Shown piece by piece: positions 21,901 through 32,208 of a stretch of DNA of 64,000 bases (position 1 is the first letter of the stretch; every line of letters begins with the position of its first letter). The notes beneath the pieces were generated by a model. It saw only the letters and a list, made by a program, of their open reading frames with translations. It was not told where the DNA came from and searched no databases. The DNA comes from an uncultured Gemmatimonadales bacterium. GTDB taxonomy: Bacteria; Gemmatimonadota; Gemmatimonadetes; Longimicrobiales; RSA9. The position numbers were made by a program, and so were the translations under genes. The stretch spans positions 512,001 through 576,000 of the forward strand of contig CAWAMW010000016.1 in NCBI GenBank assembly GCA_963783305.1, written 5' to 3'.

Positions 21901-22243
21901 CGGAGAGCAGCGCCTCGAGGGCCTCCACCCGCTGGCCGCTGACTTCCACGTGGTGCTCTTCCGCCTCGAACGGCAGCGCCTCCCGCTGCGGGTACAGCGC
22001 ACTCGCACCCTCGTCCAGCACCGACGCGAGGTCCGACTCCACCGCTTCCGCCTCCGGCGGATCGCTCGCCACCACGATCCACAGGCGGCGCTTCAGGTCC
22101 CGCGACAGCGCGGCCGTCAACACCGCCGGGAGTGACCCCGGGAGATTGGCTACGCCCACGGTCATGCCAGGGCCTGGCAGCCCATCCCGTACCGCACGAT
22201 ACGCCGCCTGGCGCCGTACCGCCTCCACAATCTGCGGATGCAT
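18962..22243 (-). CDS. mfd: Transcription-repair coupling factor
   Basis: [48 protein letters not shown] 22243 with GGAGGAG RBS. Confidence 0.97.
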   Translation of the reverse strand: MHPQIVEAVRRQAAYRAVRDGLPGPGMTVGVANLPGSLPAVLTAALSRDLKRRLWIVVASDPPEAEAVESDLASVLDEGASALYPQREALPFEAEEHHVEVSGQRVEALEALLSGRARVLVTTPRAVQEQERIPDALADLRLTLRVGQEIRPADLVERVESMGFEQAGLVEQVGEYAARGGILDLFSFGAEDPVRLEFWGDEITSIRRFDVLDQRSTDTLEVVDILPVDLKLAGGGESRRRSLLDVVPRDAVLIQLHGDDEQAYARAWSKLLELHAVEVQRGADPTPPEHLMLPPAEVLAKLRDFGRVVCTETATLRMNARPPEAMDRDTSKLESLLRSAAARGERTLILCDNTGQLERLEELLGGADGIPEGATLALGALAGGFVLEGDRPLRVLTDHEIFRRARRVRRGRRFSGGGAIESLSQLQPGDYVVHMDHGIGQFQGLEQVTVGGQTIESLAIEYAGAEVLRLPVYRLDAIERWVPDREGAKPPSVHKIGGKTWSRIKRRTQEAIERMAAELLELYASREMAARPPYPEDSRWQKEMESSFLYEDTPDQRRATEAVKADMQSPRPMDRLVIGDVGYGKTEIAVRAAFKAVQDGRQVAVLAPTTILVEQHLHTFQERLAEYPARIEALSRFRTPKEQESILADLVSGEVDVVIGTHRLLQPDVGFRDLGLMVVDEEQRFGVRQKERLKDIKRNVDVLAMTATPIPRTLHLSLAGLRDLSLIQTPPRDRMPIITHVVPWIDEIMRDAILRELDRGGQVFVVHNRIESLNAVADRIRRLVPDETEVDTAHGQMGARQLDDVMGRFLEREFHVLVTTAIIENGLDVPTANTLIVDRADMFGLSQLYQLRGRVGRSHHRAFCYLIAPEGIPVEAEKRLRILEHHTELGSGYAIAMKDLELRGAGNILGADQSGHVHAVGIDTYTRLLEKTVARLKGQEERDRYPAPDVGMDGPAYLPDDYLADSAQKLHLYRRLSRAESVEDVVALRTEIEDRFGRPPAEVVRLLDSARLRLLGQALGVERINVRKDRARLTFRGDVVPRMTVLQSAMHGSQIEVEVKRADPLSLVLHRLGAGTLAGAVAEALTLLADETP

Positions 22244-22364
22244 CAGCCTGCGACTCCTCCTCCACCAGCGGGGCGTTCCCGCCGGGGTGCTCCGTTTCCG
22301 GCTCGATCGTTCACGCCCGGAAGGTATGCGAACCCGCAGCAAAGGGGAAACCGCGTTCCGCGCG

Positions 22365-22393
22365 TTGTCGGGCCCGCGCGATCGCCCTATCTT
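22365..22393 (+). promoter_or_regulatory. Putative sigma70 promoter
   Basis: TTGTCG-N17-TATCTT upstream of the M28 peptidase. Confidence 0.5.
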
Positions 22394-22426
22394 TGGCTCG
22401 TCCGGCACCTCCTCGAGCCACTCGGA

Positions 22427-23989
22427 ATGAAGCCCTACGCACTTGTCGCGGCGCTCGTCGCCGCCTGCTCGCCTCAGGGGCCCTGGACGGCCTCGCCGGA
22501 CACGGCGGCCACGCGCGCCGCGGCGGCCTCCATCACCCCCTCCGACATGTACGACCGTATTGCGTTCCTCGCCTCCGATGAACTGCGTGGACGCGACACG
22601 CCGAGTCCAGGCCTCGAGACCGCCGCCGCCTGGATCGCCGACGAGATGGCCGCGTTCGGCCTCGAGCCCGCGGGAGAGCAGGGCTGGCTCCAGCGCTACC
22701 CGTATCCCCAGGAGGGGCTCGACGCCGCCCGGACCAGCCTCGCCGCCGTGGCCGGCGCCACGCACTCCTTCGAGTACGGGGAGGAATTCTTCGCCTGGAG
22801 CGGCGCGGGACCCTCCGCCCCCGTGGGCGCCCTGTACGCCGGTTCCCGGCTCCCCGAGGACGCCAGCTCGCTTCGGGGTCGCGCCGTGGTGCTCACGCTC
22901 GAAGGGCTCCCCCAGCCCGCCGACGGCGGCTTGAGACTCGCGCGCTCCGCCCGCGATACCGTGGCTGCCATGCGGGTGCGCGCGGCGGATGCGGGCGCCG
23001 CCGCCCTGGTGCTGGTCCTGGAGGCGCCCATCGGTGCGGACCAGATGGCCCGTCTCGCGCGGGTCGCGGAGGCACCCCGGCGCACGGTGGGCGGCTCCGC
23101 GACGGACCGCCCGCTCCCCACCTTCTTCATGTCCCGACCGGCCGCCGGCCGCACCTTTCGCATGGCGGGGCTGGACCCCGCGCTCCTAGACGACGGCAGC
23201 GTCGCGCGGCCGGTGCCGCTGCCCGGCCTGACGTTGCAGCTGGCCGCGCCGTCGCGCATCCTCGAAGACAGTCGCCCGCCGAACGTGGTCGGCGTCCTGC
23301 GAGGCTCGGACTCGGAGCTCCAGGATACGTACGTGGTACTGAGCGCCCACATGGACCATGTCGGAGTGGGGCGCCCGGACGCGACCGGCGACTCCATCTA
23401 CAACGGCGCCGATGACGACGCGTCGGGCACGAGTGTCCTGATGGAGGTGGCCCAGGCCATGGCCATGCTCGAGACGCCGCCCCGTCGCTCCGTTCTGTTC
23501 CTGGCGGTGAGCGGGGAAGAGAAGGGGCTGCTCGGATCCCGCTGGTTCGCCGACCACCCGACCGTCCCGCTGGGCGCCATCGTGGCCAACATCAATATCG
23601 ACATGGTGGGACGGAATGCGCTCGACAGCATTGTCGTGATCGGCCAGGACTACTCGTCCATGGGTCGCACGCTGCAGGAGGTCGCGGATCGCCATCACGA
23701 TGAGCTCGGCCTCACCGTGGCCGAGGACATCTGGCCGGAGCAGCGCTTCTTCTACCGCAGCGACCACTTCAGCTTTGCCCGCAAGGAGATCCCGGCGCTC
23801 TTCTTCTTTGCCGGTACCCACGAGGACTACCACGCGCCGAGTGACGAGGTCGAGGCCGTCGACACCGAGAAGGCGGCGCGCGTGGCTCGTCTCGTATTCT
23901 ATCTTACGTACCAGATCGCACAGGGCACCGACGCGCCCGAATGGGACCGCCGCGGCCTCGAAGAGGTACGCCGGCTGACGCGACCGTAA
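22427..23989 (+). CDS. M28-family Zn peptidase lipoprotein
   Basis: Lipobox VAAC, SAHMDH, NGADDDASG, GEEKGLLGS, NIDMVG, RSDH, DYH. Confidence 0.9.
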   Translation: MKPYALVAALVAACSPQGPWTASPDTAATRAAAASITPSDMYDRIAFLASDELRGRDTPSPGLETAAAWIADEMAAFGLEPAGEQGWLQRYPYPQEGLDAARTSLAAVAGATHSFEYGEEFFAWSGAGPSAPVGALYAGSRLPEDASSLRGRAVVLTLEGLPQPADGGLRLARSARDTVAAMRVRAADAGAAALVLVLEAPIGADQMARLARVAEAPRRTVGGSATDRPLPTFFMSRPAAGRTFRMAGLDPALLDDGSVARPVPLPGLTLQLAAPSRILEDSRPPNVVGVLRGSDSELQDTYVVLSAHMDHVGVGRPDATGDSIYNGADDDASGTSVLMEVAQAMAMLETPPRRSVLFLAVSGEEKGLLGSRWFADHPTVPLGAIVANINIDMVGRNALDSIVVIGQDYSSMGRTLQEVADRHHDELGLTVAEDIWPEQRFFYRSDHFSFARKEIPALFFFAGTHEDYHAPSDEVEAVDTEKAARVARLVFYLTYQIAQGTDAPEWDRRGLEEVRRLTRP

Positions 23990-24015
23990 CTCTCAAACCC
24001 CGACGACGGACGACC

Positions 24016-24234
24016 ATGGGCATACGTTTTCTGGATTCCATCCTCGTGCTTCTCACTGCCACTTCGGTGGTATTCTCCGCCTACGCCATCGGCTACGCGC
24101 TCTCCAGCGAACACTCCGGACCCGCGTGGATCGCCGCGGCCGTGCTCATCGCGGTGGGCGTCCTCCTTGGCTGGTTCACCACCCGCCGCATCCGGGGGTA
24201 CGCCGAAAAGCACGAAAGCCACGCCGGGTACTGA
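24016..24234 (+). CDS. Small two-TM membrane protein (72 aa)
   Basis: Two hydrophobic helices; fills the intergenic gap. Confidence 0.6.
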   Translation: MGIRFLDSILVLLTATSVVFSAYAIGYALSSEHSGPAWIAAAVLIAVGVLLGWFTTRRIRGYAEKHESHAGY

Positions 24235-24291
24235 TCTCGCAAGCGGACCGTTTCCGACCTTCCATGCGCTCACTTTCACCAGGGTGCCATC

Positions 24292-25053
24292 ATGAGTCGC
24301 CGGGTTCAGATCGTTCTCCTTTCGCTCCTCCTGCCCGGCCTCGCCGTGACAGGCTGTAATGACTCCACCACCGACCCCGAGTACGGTGGCAGCATTATCG
24401 GCGTCTGGACGGGTCAGACCGGAGAGTTGACCACGTACCTCGGGATTACCGAGGACTCCCTCACGGTGTACATCGGCAATGATGCCACCTGTTTCGATCA
24501 GATCGAATTCGAGATCGTGAGCAGCACCGGTGACACCTATACGCTCCGAGACATCGAGTCCGGCCTGTCCGGCGTGTTCCTGATCCGTCGCGCCGGCTCC
24601 ACACTCGAGGTGCAGCAGGGCACCAACCCCAATGTCGATCCGGCGATCTATACCGAGTCGAACGCCAACGTCGATGCCCTCGAAGTGTGCACGGGCGGTG
24701 GTGGGGATCCGTCGATCGTGTGCTCGGAGCTGCCCGCCGTCAGCCTCGGTGAAACAGTGTCCGGCACGCTCAGCTCGAGTGATCCTGCGTCCTCGTTCGG
24801 CCCCTATTACGACCTGTTCGGCCTCCGGCTCGATGCCGCGGGTGAGGTGACCGTTCGGATGGCCTCGAGCGAATTCGACAGCTTCCTCTACCTGTATGAG
24901 GCCGGGGGGAACGAGATCGCCCGAAACGACGACGTCAGCGATGGCGATGTCAACGCGGCGGTCACACTGGAGCTCGAGCCCGGCTGCTACAGGATCGAGG
25001 CCACGAGCTTCGAGGCGGGCGAGACCGGGGCGTACACACTGAGCGTGCAGTAG
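24292..25053 (+). CDS. Acidic lipoprotein with C-terminal PPC (pre-peptidase C-terminal) domain
   Basis: Lipobox VTGC; FDSFLYLY, IARNDD, GETGAYTLSV. Confidence 0.75.
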   Translation: MSRRVQIVLLSLLLPGLAVTGCNDSTTDPEYGGSIIGVWTGQTGELTTYLGITEDSLTVYIGNDATCFDQIEFEIVSSTGDTYTLRDIESGLSGVFLIRRAGSTLEVQQGTNPNVDPAIYTESNANVDALEVCTGGGGDPSIVCSELPAVSLGETVSGTLSSSDPASSFGPYYDLFGLRLDAAGEVTVRMASSEFDSFLYLYEAGGNEIARNDDVSDGDVNAAVTLELEPGCYRIEATSFEAGETGAYTLSVQ

Positions 25054-25191
25054 GCTCGATCGCACCGTTCGGCGCACAGGGTCGCCGGCGCTCTGCCGGT
25101 GGCCCTGTTTTCGTGCGCCCGGCGCGTTCCAACCTGCCCGGGTTCACGTTATCTTTCACGGCTGTCGTACCTCGTACCGTCCTGGAGACCC

Positions 25192-26991
25192 GTGCGCATC
25201 GATCATATCCGCAACTTCTGCATTGTCGCCCACATCGACCACGGGAAGTCCACCCTGGCCGATCGGCTGCTGGAGTCCACGCACACTCTCGACAAGCGCG
25301 AGATGCGTGAGCAGGTCCTGGACTCGAATGAGCTCGAGCGGGAGCGCGGGATCACCATCAAGCTGCACGCGATCCGCATGGACTACACGGCTCGCGACGG
25401 CTCGAAGTACGAGTTCAACCTCATCGACACCCCTGGGCACGTCGATTTTACCTACGAGGTGAGCCGGAGCCTGGCGGCGTGTGAGGGGGCGGTGCTGGTG
25501 GTGGATGCGGCCCAGGGGGTCCAGGCCCAGACCCTGTCCAACCTCTTCCTGGCCATGGACGCGGGGCTGGAGATCATCCCGGTCCTCAACAAGATCGACC
25601 TGCCCGGTGCCGAGCCGGAGAAGCGCCGCGACGAGCTGGTGGACCTCCTGGGGTGCGAGCCGGAGGAGGTCCTCATGGTGAGCGCCAAGGAGGGGACGGG
25701 TGTAGACGAGCTGCTGGAGCGCATCGTCAGCAAGGTTCCGCCGCCGGAGGGCGATGCCGACGCGCCGCTCCGGGCCCTCATCTTCGATTCCTTCTACGAC
25801 CAGTACCAGGGCGCGGTGCCGAGCATCCGGGTCGTGGATGGACGGATTCGCCCGGGCATGCGGATCGGCTTCGGCGCCACGAAGGGCGAGTACGAGGTGG
25901 ACGAGGTGGGCTACATGCGTCTCGGACGTGTGAAGCAGAAAGAGCTGCTGCCCGGCGAGGTCGGTTACGTGATCGCGGCGATCAAGCGCGTCAGCGACAC
26001 GAAGGTCGGTGATACCGTATTCAACGCGGAGAACGCCGCCAAGGAGCTGCTGCCGGGCTACCAGGAGGTCAAGCCCATGGTCTTCAGCGGCCTGTATCCC
26101 ACGGATGCCGATGACTACGAGGAGCTCCGCGACGCCCTCGAGAGACTCCGCCTGAACGACGCCAGCCTACACTACGAGCCGGAGACCTCCACCGCCCTCG
26201 GCTTCGGCTTCCGCTGCGGGTTCCTGGGACTCCTTCACATGGAGATCATCCAGGAGCGCCTCGAGCGGGAGTTCGATCTGGATCTCATCACCACGGTCCC
26301 GAACGTCGAGTACCACGTGGTCCTCACCGACGCCTCCGCCCGCTATATCGAGAACCCCACGGCCATGCCGGAGCCAGGTCGGATCGAGCGGATCGAGGAG
26401 CCCTACGTCAAGGCCAGGATCATGTGCCCGGCCGAGTACATCGGGAACGTCCAGAAGCTCGTGCACGATCGCCGCGGCGAGTACGTTCACATGCACTACC
26501 TCGATCCCAGCCGCGTCGAGTTCCTCTACGAGATCCCGCTGGCCGAGGTGGTCCTGGACTTCTACGACAAGCTGAAGAGCGGCACCCGCGGCTACGCCTC
26601 CCTCGACTGGGAGTTCCTCGAGTATCGCGAGAACGACCTGGTCAAGCTCGACATGCTCATCAACGGCGACCCCATCGACGCCTTCAGCGTGATCATCCAC
26701 ACCGACAAGGCCTACGAGTACGGCCGGGACCTGGCGAGCAAGCTGAAGGACCTGATCCCGCGGCAGCAGTTCGCCGTGGCCATCCAGGCGGCCATCGGCA
26801 ACAAGGTCATCGCTCGCACCAACGTGAAGGCGCTGAAGAAGGACGTGACCGCCAAGTGCTACGGCGGCGACATCACCCGGAAGCGGAAGCTCCTGGAGAA
26901 GCAGAAGGAAGGGAAGCGGCGGATGAAGCAGGTGGGGTCCGTCGACATCCCCCAGGAGGCCTTCCTCGCCGTTCTCGAGGTGGGGGACTGA
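25192..26991 (+). CDS. lepA: Elongation factor 4
   Basis: [49 protein letters not shown] start. Confidence 0.98.
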   Translation: MRIDHIRNFCIVAHIDHGKSTLADRLLESTHTLDKREMREQVLDSNELERERGITIKLHAIRMDYTARDGSKYEFNLIDTPGHVDFTYEVSRSLAACEGAVLVVDAAQGVQAQTLSNLFLAMDAGLEIIPVLNKIDLPGAEPEKRRDELVDLLGCEPEEVLMVSAKEGTGVDELLERIVSKVPPPEGDADAPLRALIFDSFYDQYQGAVPSIRVVDGRIRPGMRIGFGATKGEYEVDEVGYMRLGRVKQKELLPGEVGYVIAAIKRVSDTKVGDTVFNAENAAKELLPGYQEVKPMVFSGLYPTDADDYEELRDALERLRLNDASLHYEPETSTALGFGFRCGFLGLLHMEIIQERLEREFDLDLITTVPNVEYHVVLTDASARYIENPTAMPEPGRIERIEEPYVKARIMCPAEYIGNVQKLVHDRRGEYVHMHYLDPSRVEFLYEIPLAEVVLDFYDKLKSGTRGYASLDWEFLEYRENDLVKLDMLINGDPIDAFSVIIHTDKAYEYGRDLASKLKDLIPRQQFAVAIQAAIGNKVIARTNVKALKKDVTAKCYGGDITRKRKLLEKQKEGKRRMKQVGSVDIPQEAFLAVLEVGD

Positions 26992-26994
26992 CCG

Positions 26995-27864
26995 GTGCGG
27001 GTCGCCGTCATCCTCGCCACCTACAACCAGCCCGAGTGGCTCCGGAAGACGCTCTGGGGCTACGCCCGCCAGTCGTATCGTGATTTCGAGGTCCTCGTCG
27101 CCGACGACGGGTCGGGTTCCCACACGGCCTCGGTGGTGCGGGAGGCGTGGTCGAAGTACCCTTCTCTCGGGCTCCGCCACGTCTGGCATCCGGACACCGG
27201 CTACCGCAAGTGCGTGATCCTGAACCGCGCCACGCTGGCGGCGGACGCCGAATACCTCATCTTCAGCGACGGCGACAGCATCCCGCGCCGCGATTTCGTG
27301 GCGACGCATGCGCGCCTGGCCGAGCCGGGGACCTTCCTTTCGGGCGGTGCCATTCGGCTGCCCCGCGGGCTGAGCGAAGGGGTGACGGAGCAGGACGTGG
27401 AGGACGGCCGTGTCTTCGACGCCGGCTGGCTGGCCGATCGGGGCTTCGATCCCGGACGGCACCGGCTGCGCCTCCTGGACGGGGTCTTCTGGCCTGCGAT
27501 CCTCGATGCGGTCAGCCCCACGGGCGCCACGTGGAACGGGAATAACGCCTCCACATGGCGGGAGGTGGTGGTGCGGGCCAACGGCTTCGAGCACGAGATG
27601 GGATACGGTGGACAGGACCGGGAGTTCGGGGAACGGCTGGCGAACCTCGGGGTCCGGGGTCGCCTTGTGCGGCACCGGGCGGTAGCGGTCCACCTGGACC
27701 ATGGCCGGCCGTACAAGACCGAGGCGTCCATGCGGAGGAACCGCGAGATCCGCCGCGAGACCGCGGCCTCGGGCTCGGCGCGGGCGCGCTGCGGGATCGA
27801 TCAGATCGAACCGGAGGCGGAGTCGTTCGTGGCGTCGTCGTCGACAGAGAAAGGAAGCGAATGA
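26995..27864 (+). CDS. Glycosyltransferase family 2
   Basis: ILATYN, VADDGS, FSDGD, NGFE..GYGGQDRE. Confidence 0.9.
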   Translation: MRVAVILATYNQPEWLRKTLWGYARQSYRDFEVLVADDGSGSHTASVVREAWSKYPSLGLRHVWHPDTGYRKCVILNRATLAADAEYLIFSDGDSIPRRDFVATHARLAEPGTFLSGGAIRLPRGLSEGVTEQDVEDGRVFDAGWLADRGFDPGRHRLRLLDGVFWPAILDAVSPTGATWNGNNASTWREVVVRANGFEHEMGYGGQDREFGERLANLGVRGRLVRHRAVAVHLDHGRPYKTEASMRRNREIRRETAASGSARARCGIDQIEPEAESFVASSSTEKGSE

Positions 27865-28862
27865 GCGTCGGACAGAAGCGCTGGATCGTGGGCGTGGACC
27901 TCGGTGGGACGAACACCGTGGTCGGGGTCCTGCCGCTGGACGGCGGCGATGGTGATGTACTGGCTCTGGAGAGCCGACCCACCGAGGCCGTGAAGGGGGC
28001 GAAGTCCGTGGTGGACCGCATCGTCAACATGGTGGAGACCGCGATCCAGAAAGTGGTGGACGAGCACGGCGGCTCGAAAGACGATTTCGCTGGTGTGGGG
28101 ATCGGCTCGCCGGGCCCCCTGAATCGGAAGACCGGGACCATCATCAACACGCCCAATCTGGGATGGCGGAACTTCCCGCTGCGTGACCTCATCTCCAACG
28201 GTGTGGGACTGCCGGCCGAGCTCGACAACGACGCGAACTGCGCCACGTACGGGGAGTGGTGGCTCGGGGCCGGAAAGAACGTGGATACTCTGGTAGGCTT
28301 CACACTGGGCACCGGGATCGGCGGCGGTATCGTCCTGAATGGCAAGATCTTCCATGGCGTCAGCAATGCGGCGGCGGAGATCGGCCACATGACCATCGAT
28401 AGCACCGGCCGCAAGTGCAAATGCGGGAATTACGGCTGCCTCGAGGCCTATGCGTCAGGCCCCGCCATCGCACTCCGAGCGGTGGAAGGGATCGAGTCCG
28501 GGGCCGAGACGGTGCTGCCGGACCTCGTCAATGGACGCCTCCAGGACATCACCGCGGCCACCGTGTACGAGGGCGCCGTCGTGGGCGATGCGTACGCCAA
28601 CGAAGTCATGAAGGAAACGGCCAAGTTCCTCGGCACCGGGATCGCCAACATCATCAATATCCTGAACCCTGCCATGGTCGTTATTGCCGGCGGTGTCACC
28701 CGCGCCGGGGACCATCTCTTCGTCCCGCTCCGGGCCGAAGTGCGGCGCCGGGCGTTCAAGAGCGCCCAGGAGGCGTGCGAGATCGTGCCGGCGAAGCTCA
28801 TCGCCACCGCCGGCGTGATCGGCGCGATCGCCATGTTCAAAAACGAAGTGCTGGACGCTTGA
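27861..28862 (+). CDS. ROK-family sugar kinase (glucokinase-like)
   Basis: GVDLGGT, DNDANCA, LGTGIGGG, EIGH, CKCGNYGCLE; no N-terminal HTH. Confidence 0.93.
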   Translation: MSVGQKRWIVGVDLGGTNTVVGVLPLDGGDGDVLALESRPTEAVKGAKSVVDRIVNMVETAIQKVVDEHGGSKDDFAGVGIGSPGPLNRKTGTIINTPNLGWRNFPLRDLISNGVGLPAELDNDANCATYGEWWLGAGKNVDTLVGFTLGTGIGGGIVLNGKIFHGVSNAAAEIGHMTIDSTGRKCKCGNYGCLEAYASGPAIALRAVEGIESGAETVLPDLVNGRLQDITAATVYEGAVVGDAYANEVMKETAKFLGTGIANIINILNPAMVVIAGGVTRAGDHLFVPLRAEVRRRAFKSAQEACEIVPAKLIATAGVIGAIAMFKNEVLDA

Positions 28863-28872
28863 TCGCTCCGTC

Positions 28873-29823
28873 GTGACCGTATCCCCCGGATTGCGGGTCG
28901 GGATCCTCGGGACCATGGTGTGGGACCGGATCGACCACCCCGACGGCGCTCGGGTCGAGCGCTGGGGTGGGATCTCCTACTCCATCGCCGCGGCTGCGGC
29001 CGCACTGCCGTCGGGCTGGTCCCTGCGACCCATTATCCGGGTCGGCGCAGACCTCGCCCCGCCCGCACGGGCCTTCATCGACGGCGTGCCGGGAGTGGAA
29101 TCGCTCGCAGGCGTGCTGGACGTGCCCGAGCCCAACAATCGGGTCCACCTCCGCTACCGGGATCGGAGTCACCGACAGGAGATCCTGAGCGGCGGCGTCT
29201 CCGGCTGGAGCTGGGAGGAGCTCGCTCCGCGCCTCGAAGGCCTGGACGCCCTGTACGTCAACTTCATATCGGGATTCGAGCTGACGGCCATGCTGGCCGC
29301 GCGCCTCCGGCCACTCTTCCCCCGCTGCCCGCTCTACGCGGACCTCCACTCGCTGCTCCTCGACGTGGCGGCCGACGGCACCCGCATTCCACGCACGCTC
29401 CCGGACCGCGACCGCTGGCTTGCCGCCTTCGACGCCGTACAGGTGAACGAAGAGGAGTTGAGGATCATGGCCGGGTCCGATGACCCTGTCGAGGTCGCCC
29501 GGGAAGCGGTACGCTCCTCAGGCGGCGCCGCACTGGTGACCCGCGGACCGGCGGGCGCGGAGTGGTTCGCGGGCTCGGACCGCCCCTGGCCGTGGGCGTC
29601 CCCGGGCGGCGAGCCCCGCTCCGGCCTGGTACCCGTGGAATCCCCCTGGACGGAGGGTGACCCTACCGGCTGCGGCGACGTGTGGGGGGCGACCTGCTTC
29701 ATGCGTCTGCTCCGGGGCGAGCGGCTGAGCACCAGCATGAGGGCGGCGAACCGGGCCGCGAGCCACAATGTGAGCCATCGCGGGGCCGACGACCTTTTCG
29801 ACCATCTGAGGAAGCATACGTGA
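28873..29823 (+). CDS. PfkB/ribokinase-family carbohydrate kinase (divergent)
   Basis: WGGI, QVNEEE, VTRGPAG, GDPTGCGDVWG anion-hole motif. Confidence 0.8.
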   Translation: MTVSPGLRVGILGTMVWDRIDHPDGARVERWGGISYSIAAAAAALPSGWSLRPIIRVGADLAPPARAFIDGVPGVESLAGVLDVPEPNNRVHLRYRDRSHRQEILSGGVSGWSWEELAPRLEGLDALYVNFISGFELTAMLAARLRPLFPRCPLYADLHSLLLDVAADGTRIPRTLPDRDRWLAAFDAVQVNEEELRIMAGSDDPVEVAREAVRSSGGAALVTRGPAGAEWFAGSDRPWPWASPGGEPRSGLVPVESPWTEGDPTGCGDVWGATCFMRLLRGERLSTSMRAANRAASHNVSHRGADDLFDHLRKHT

Positions 29824-30740
29824 ACATTGTCGCCATACCGGCATCGCTGGACGATCGCTCGTTCGACGTGGTGATGGCCGAGCTGAACGAAGCCCTCGAA
29901 GGCCACGAGAGCGGCCGCATCCTGGTGGACGCCCGCCGGCTGCGCTGGGTTGACCCGTTCGGGATGATCGGCCTCCTGGCCGTGGGGCAGGTGGCCCGGG
30001 ATCGCGGACGGCGGCCACGGCTCCAGGTGCCCGAGTCGCCGGACGTCCTCAGCTATCTCTCACGCATGTCATTCTTCAAGAGCGCTGAAGGCGTCTACGA
30101 GATCCACGGAGGATCGCGGCGGACCGCCACCGGCTCCTCGGACGTGCTCCTCGAGATCACGCCAGTCCAGTCGCACGTGGACGTGCACCAGATCGTCGAC
30201 CGCGTGAACGAGCGCGCCCTCGCCATCCTCACGAAACAGCTGAACTACCCGCTCAAGGAAGCGTTCCAGTTCAGCGTAATGCTGTCGGAGGTCTGTCAGA
30301 ATATTATCGACCACGCCGAGGCGGGCGGCTGGGTCGCGACGCAAACCTACAACTGGTCCAAGCGCCTCGGTCGGAAGGTCGTGACCATCGCCGTCATGGA
30401 CCTGGGCGTGGGCTTCCACGGCTCCCTCGGGAGCGAGCACGCCGCCCGCTACGGGGCCCGCTGGAGCGATGCTTCCGCCCTGGAGGCGGCTTTCATCCAC
30501 GGCCTCACGCGTTTCCACGATCCCGGCCGCGGGCAAGGGCTCCAGCAGATCCGAAAGCAGGTAGGACGATGGAACGGCAAGATCTCGATCCGGAGCGGTA
30601 CGGCCCGCATCGCGGATGTACCCGCCTGGGACGACGCGCCGCCGCTGGAGGAGGACCTGCCGCCGTTCCCGGGCGCGCAGATCAACATCATCCTGCCGTC
30701 ACGGGACGTGGAGGAGTCCGGGAACGGGGGATCGAAGTGA
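29820..30740 (+). CDS. STAS-like + HATPase_c protein (RsbW/SpoIIAB-like kinase)
   Basis: N-terminal ILVDARRLRWVDPFG; N-box SEVCQNIIDHA, G1 MDLGVG, G2 GRGQGL; no HisKA; GTG overlaps PfkB stop. Confidence 0.8.
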   Translation: MNIVAIPASLDDRSFDVVMAELNEALEGHESGRILVDARRLRWVDPFGMIGLLAVGQVARDRGRRPRLQVPESPDVLSYLSRMSFFKSAEGVYEIHGGSRRTATGSSDVLLEITPVQSHVDVHQIVDRVNERALAILTKQLNYPLKEAFQFSVMLSEVCQNIIDHAEAGGWVATQTYNWSKRLGRKVVTIAVMDLGVGFHGSLGSEHAARYGARWSDASALEAAFIHGLTRFHDPGRGQGLQQIRKQVGRWNGKISIRSGTARIADVPAWDDAPPLEEDLPPFPGAQINIILPSRDVEESGNGGSK

Positions 30741-31342
30741 GCGACCTCGGTGACGTCGTTCCGCTCAGGTTCGACATGTCCGACATGGTGCGGCAGTCTG
30801 TGGCCACGCTCTACTCCCACCTGGTCACTCGCCCCACCGGCCAGGCGCTTCGCCTCGGGATCGAAGCGCAGATCACCGAGCTCGGGGCGCTCTGTCTCAC
30901 CGTACTGGATTTCAGCGAGGTGGTGGTCCTCGACTACAGCTGTGCGGACGAGACCGTGGCCAAGCTCGTCCAGCGGTTCCAGCGGTCCGACCGGCCCGCG
31001 GAAGCGTACTTCCTGGCGCGTGGCATCGATGATCGGCACCTGGAGACCATCGACTCCGTCCTGAGCCGTCAGGACCTGGCCATCGCAGCCGAGCTTGGCG
31101 ACGGCCAACTCGTTCTCCTGGGCGGCCTTAGCGAAGCGGAGCGCAGGGCCTGGCTCGCTCTCGGCAGCCTCGGGTCCGCCACGGCGGACGAGGTGGCCGA
31201 GCGGATGGCGACGGAGGGTGAGGGACCCGTGATCGAGCCCATTCGTGACGCCCTCGAGTCCCTCGCCCGCCGGAGGGTCGTAGCGCGCATGGATATCCCG
31301 CGCCGGTACTTCTCTCTGCAGTCGCTGCTGCTCGAGGATTAG
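30737..31342 (+). CDS. STAS-like (DUF4325-type) + winged-helix protein
   Basis: VLDFSEVVVLDYSCADETVAKL; C-terminal ATADEVAERM...RDALESLARRRVV; GTGA overlap. Confidence 0.7.
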   Translation: MSDLGDVVPLRFDMSDMVRQSVATLYSHLVTRPTGQALRLGIEAQITELGALCLTVLDFSEVVVLDYSCADETVAKLVQRFQRSDRPAEAYFLARGIDDRHLETIDSVLSRQDLAIAAELGDGQLVLLGGLSEAERRAWLALGSLGSATADEVAERMATEGEGPVIEPIRDALESLARRRVVARMDIPRRYFSLQSLLLED

Positions 31343-32049
31343 TCCCGCTTCAGCGCGAGCGACAGCACCCGGTTGATGGCCTTGAGTGCTGCCAGCGAGG
31401 CCGCCGACTCCACGTCGCTGTCCACCGGATGAGCGCCCACCAGCGGGAGCGGGCGGCGTCCGAACCGGGGTGAGATCGCCAGCACGCTCACCAGCACGTA
31501 CTCCCCATCCAGCGCCTGCACGATCGAGGCGAAGTCCAGCTCCAGCCCCAGCCCATCGTTCCACGGCGCGTCCGCCGCCGACCTCAGCGTGGCCGTGGCG
31601 GCCGCGCGTGCCCGGCCCGCCTGGGTGTCCACGGCATCCGCCGTGCCCGTCGACTCGCCTCTGCCCCATTTCAGCCGGACGGCTATCGCGACGTGCCCCG
31701 CCACGGTCGTGGACTCGAGGCCGGCGTAGACCGGTCGTCCAGCTTCCGCACCGGCCGGCTCCCACACGCTCTCCTGCGCCGCAACGGTATCCGGCGCCGG
31801 GCCTTCCGGGTGGGACGGCTCGGCGAGCTGAGCGATCGAGATGACCCGCTGGTCGATGGGGATGCCCAGTCGCTCCTCCAGCAGCCCCCGGATATCCCGG
31901 GCAAGGCTCGCCGGATCAGGACCATCCCCGATCAGCAGATGGATCTCCCGCAGGTGTCCTTCCAGGTCCTCGCTCACATACGCGCCCATGACGGACGGCA
32001 GCTCGCGCAGCACGGCTTCGGCCGTGGTTTTTGTGCTGATGCGCTTCAT
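31339..32049 (-). CDS. Hypothetical protein, LeuA-allosteric-domain-like C-terminus (paralog of 7570..8196)
   Basis: Ends LVGAHPVDSDVESAASLAALKAINRVL; own TTGACG-N18-CATTCT promoter. Confidence 0.65.
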   Translation of the reverse strand: MKRISTKTTAEAVLRELPSVMGAYVSEDLEGHLREIHLLIGDGPDPASLARDIRGLLEERLGIPIDQRVISIAQLAEPSHPEGPAPDTVAAQESVWEPAGAEAGRPVYAGLESTTVAGHVAIAVRLKWGRGESTGTADAVDTQAGRARAAATATLRSAADAPWNDGLGLELDFASIVQALDGEYVLVSVLAISPRFGRRPLPLVGAHPVDSDVESAASLAALKAINRVLSLALKRD

Positions 32050-32208
32050 CGATGTGCCGGTTGGCGGGGAGAGTGCGACACGGCAGAATGCGGCGGACCG
32101 GCCCCGCGCGTCAAGTCGGCGGCCCAACAGGGGCGATTGCAGGCGGCCACGACCGCGTCTACCTTCGCCACGGTGAGACCCGCTCCGACCGCCCTGGATG
32201 AACCGATC

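Noticed and set aside
18962..22765. Extended N-termini in the ORF track (mfd 1267 aa, holB 506 aa, ECF sigma 361 aa, PLP lyase 565 aa and others)
   Set aside because: The extensions overlap neighbouring genes or promoters; downstream starts with an RBS or stop-start overlap fit the family lengths
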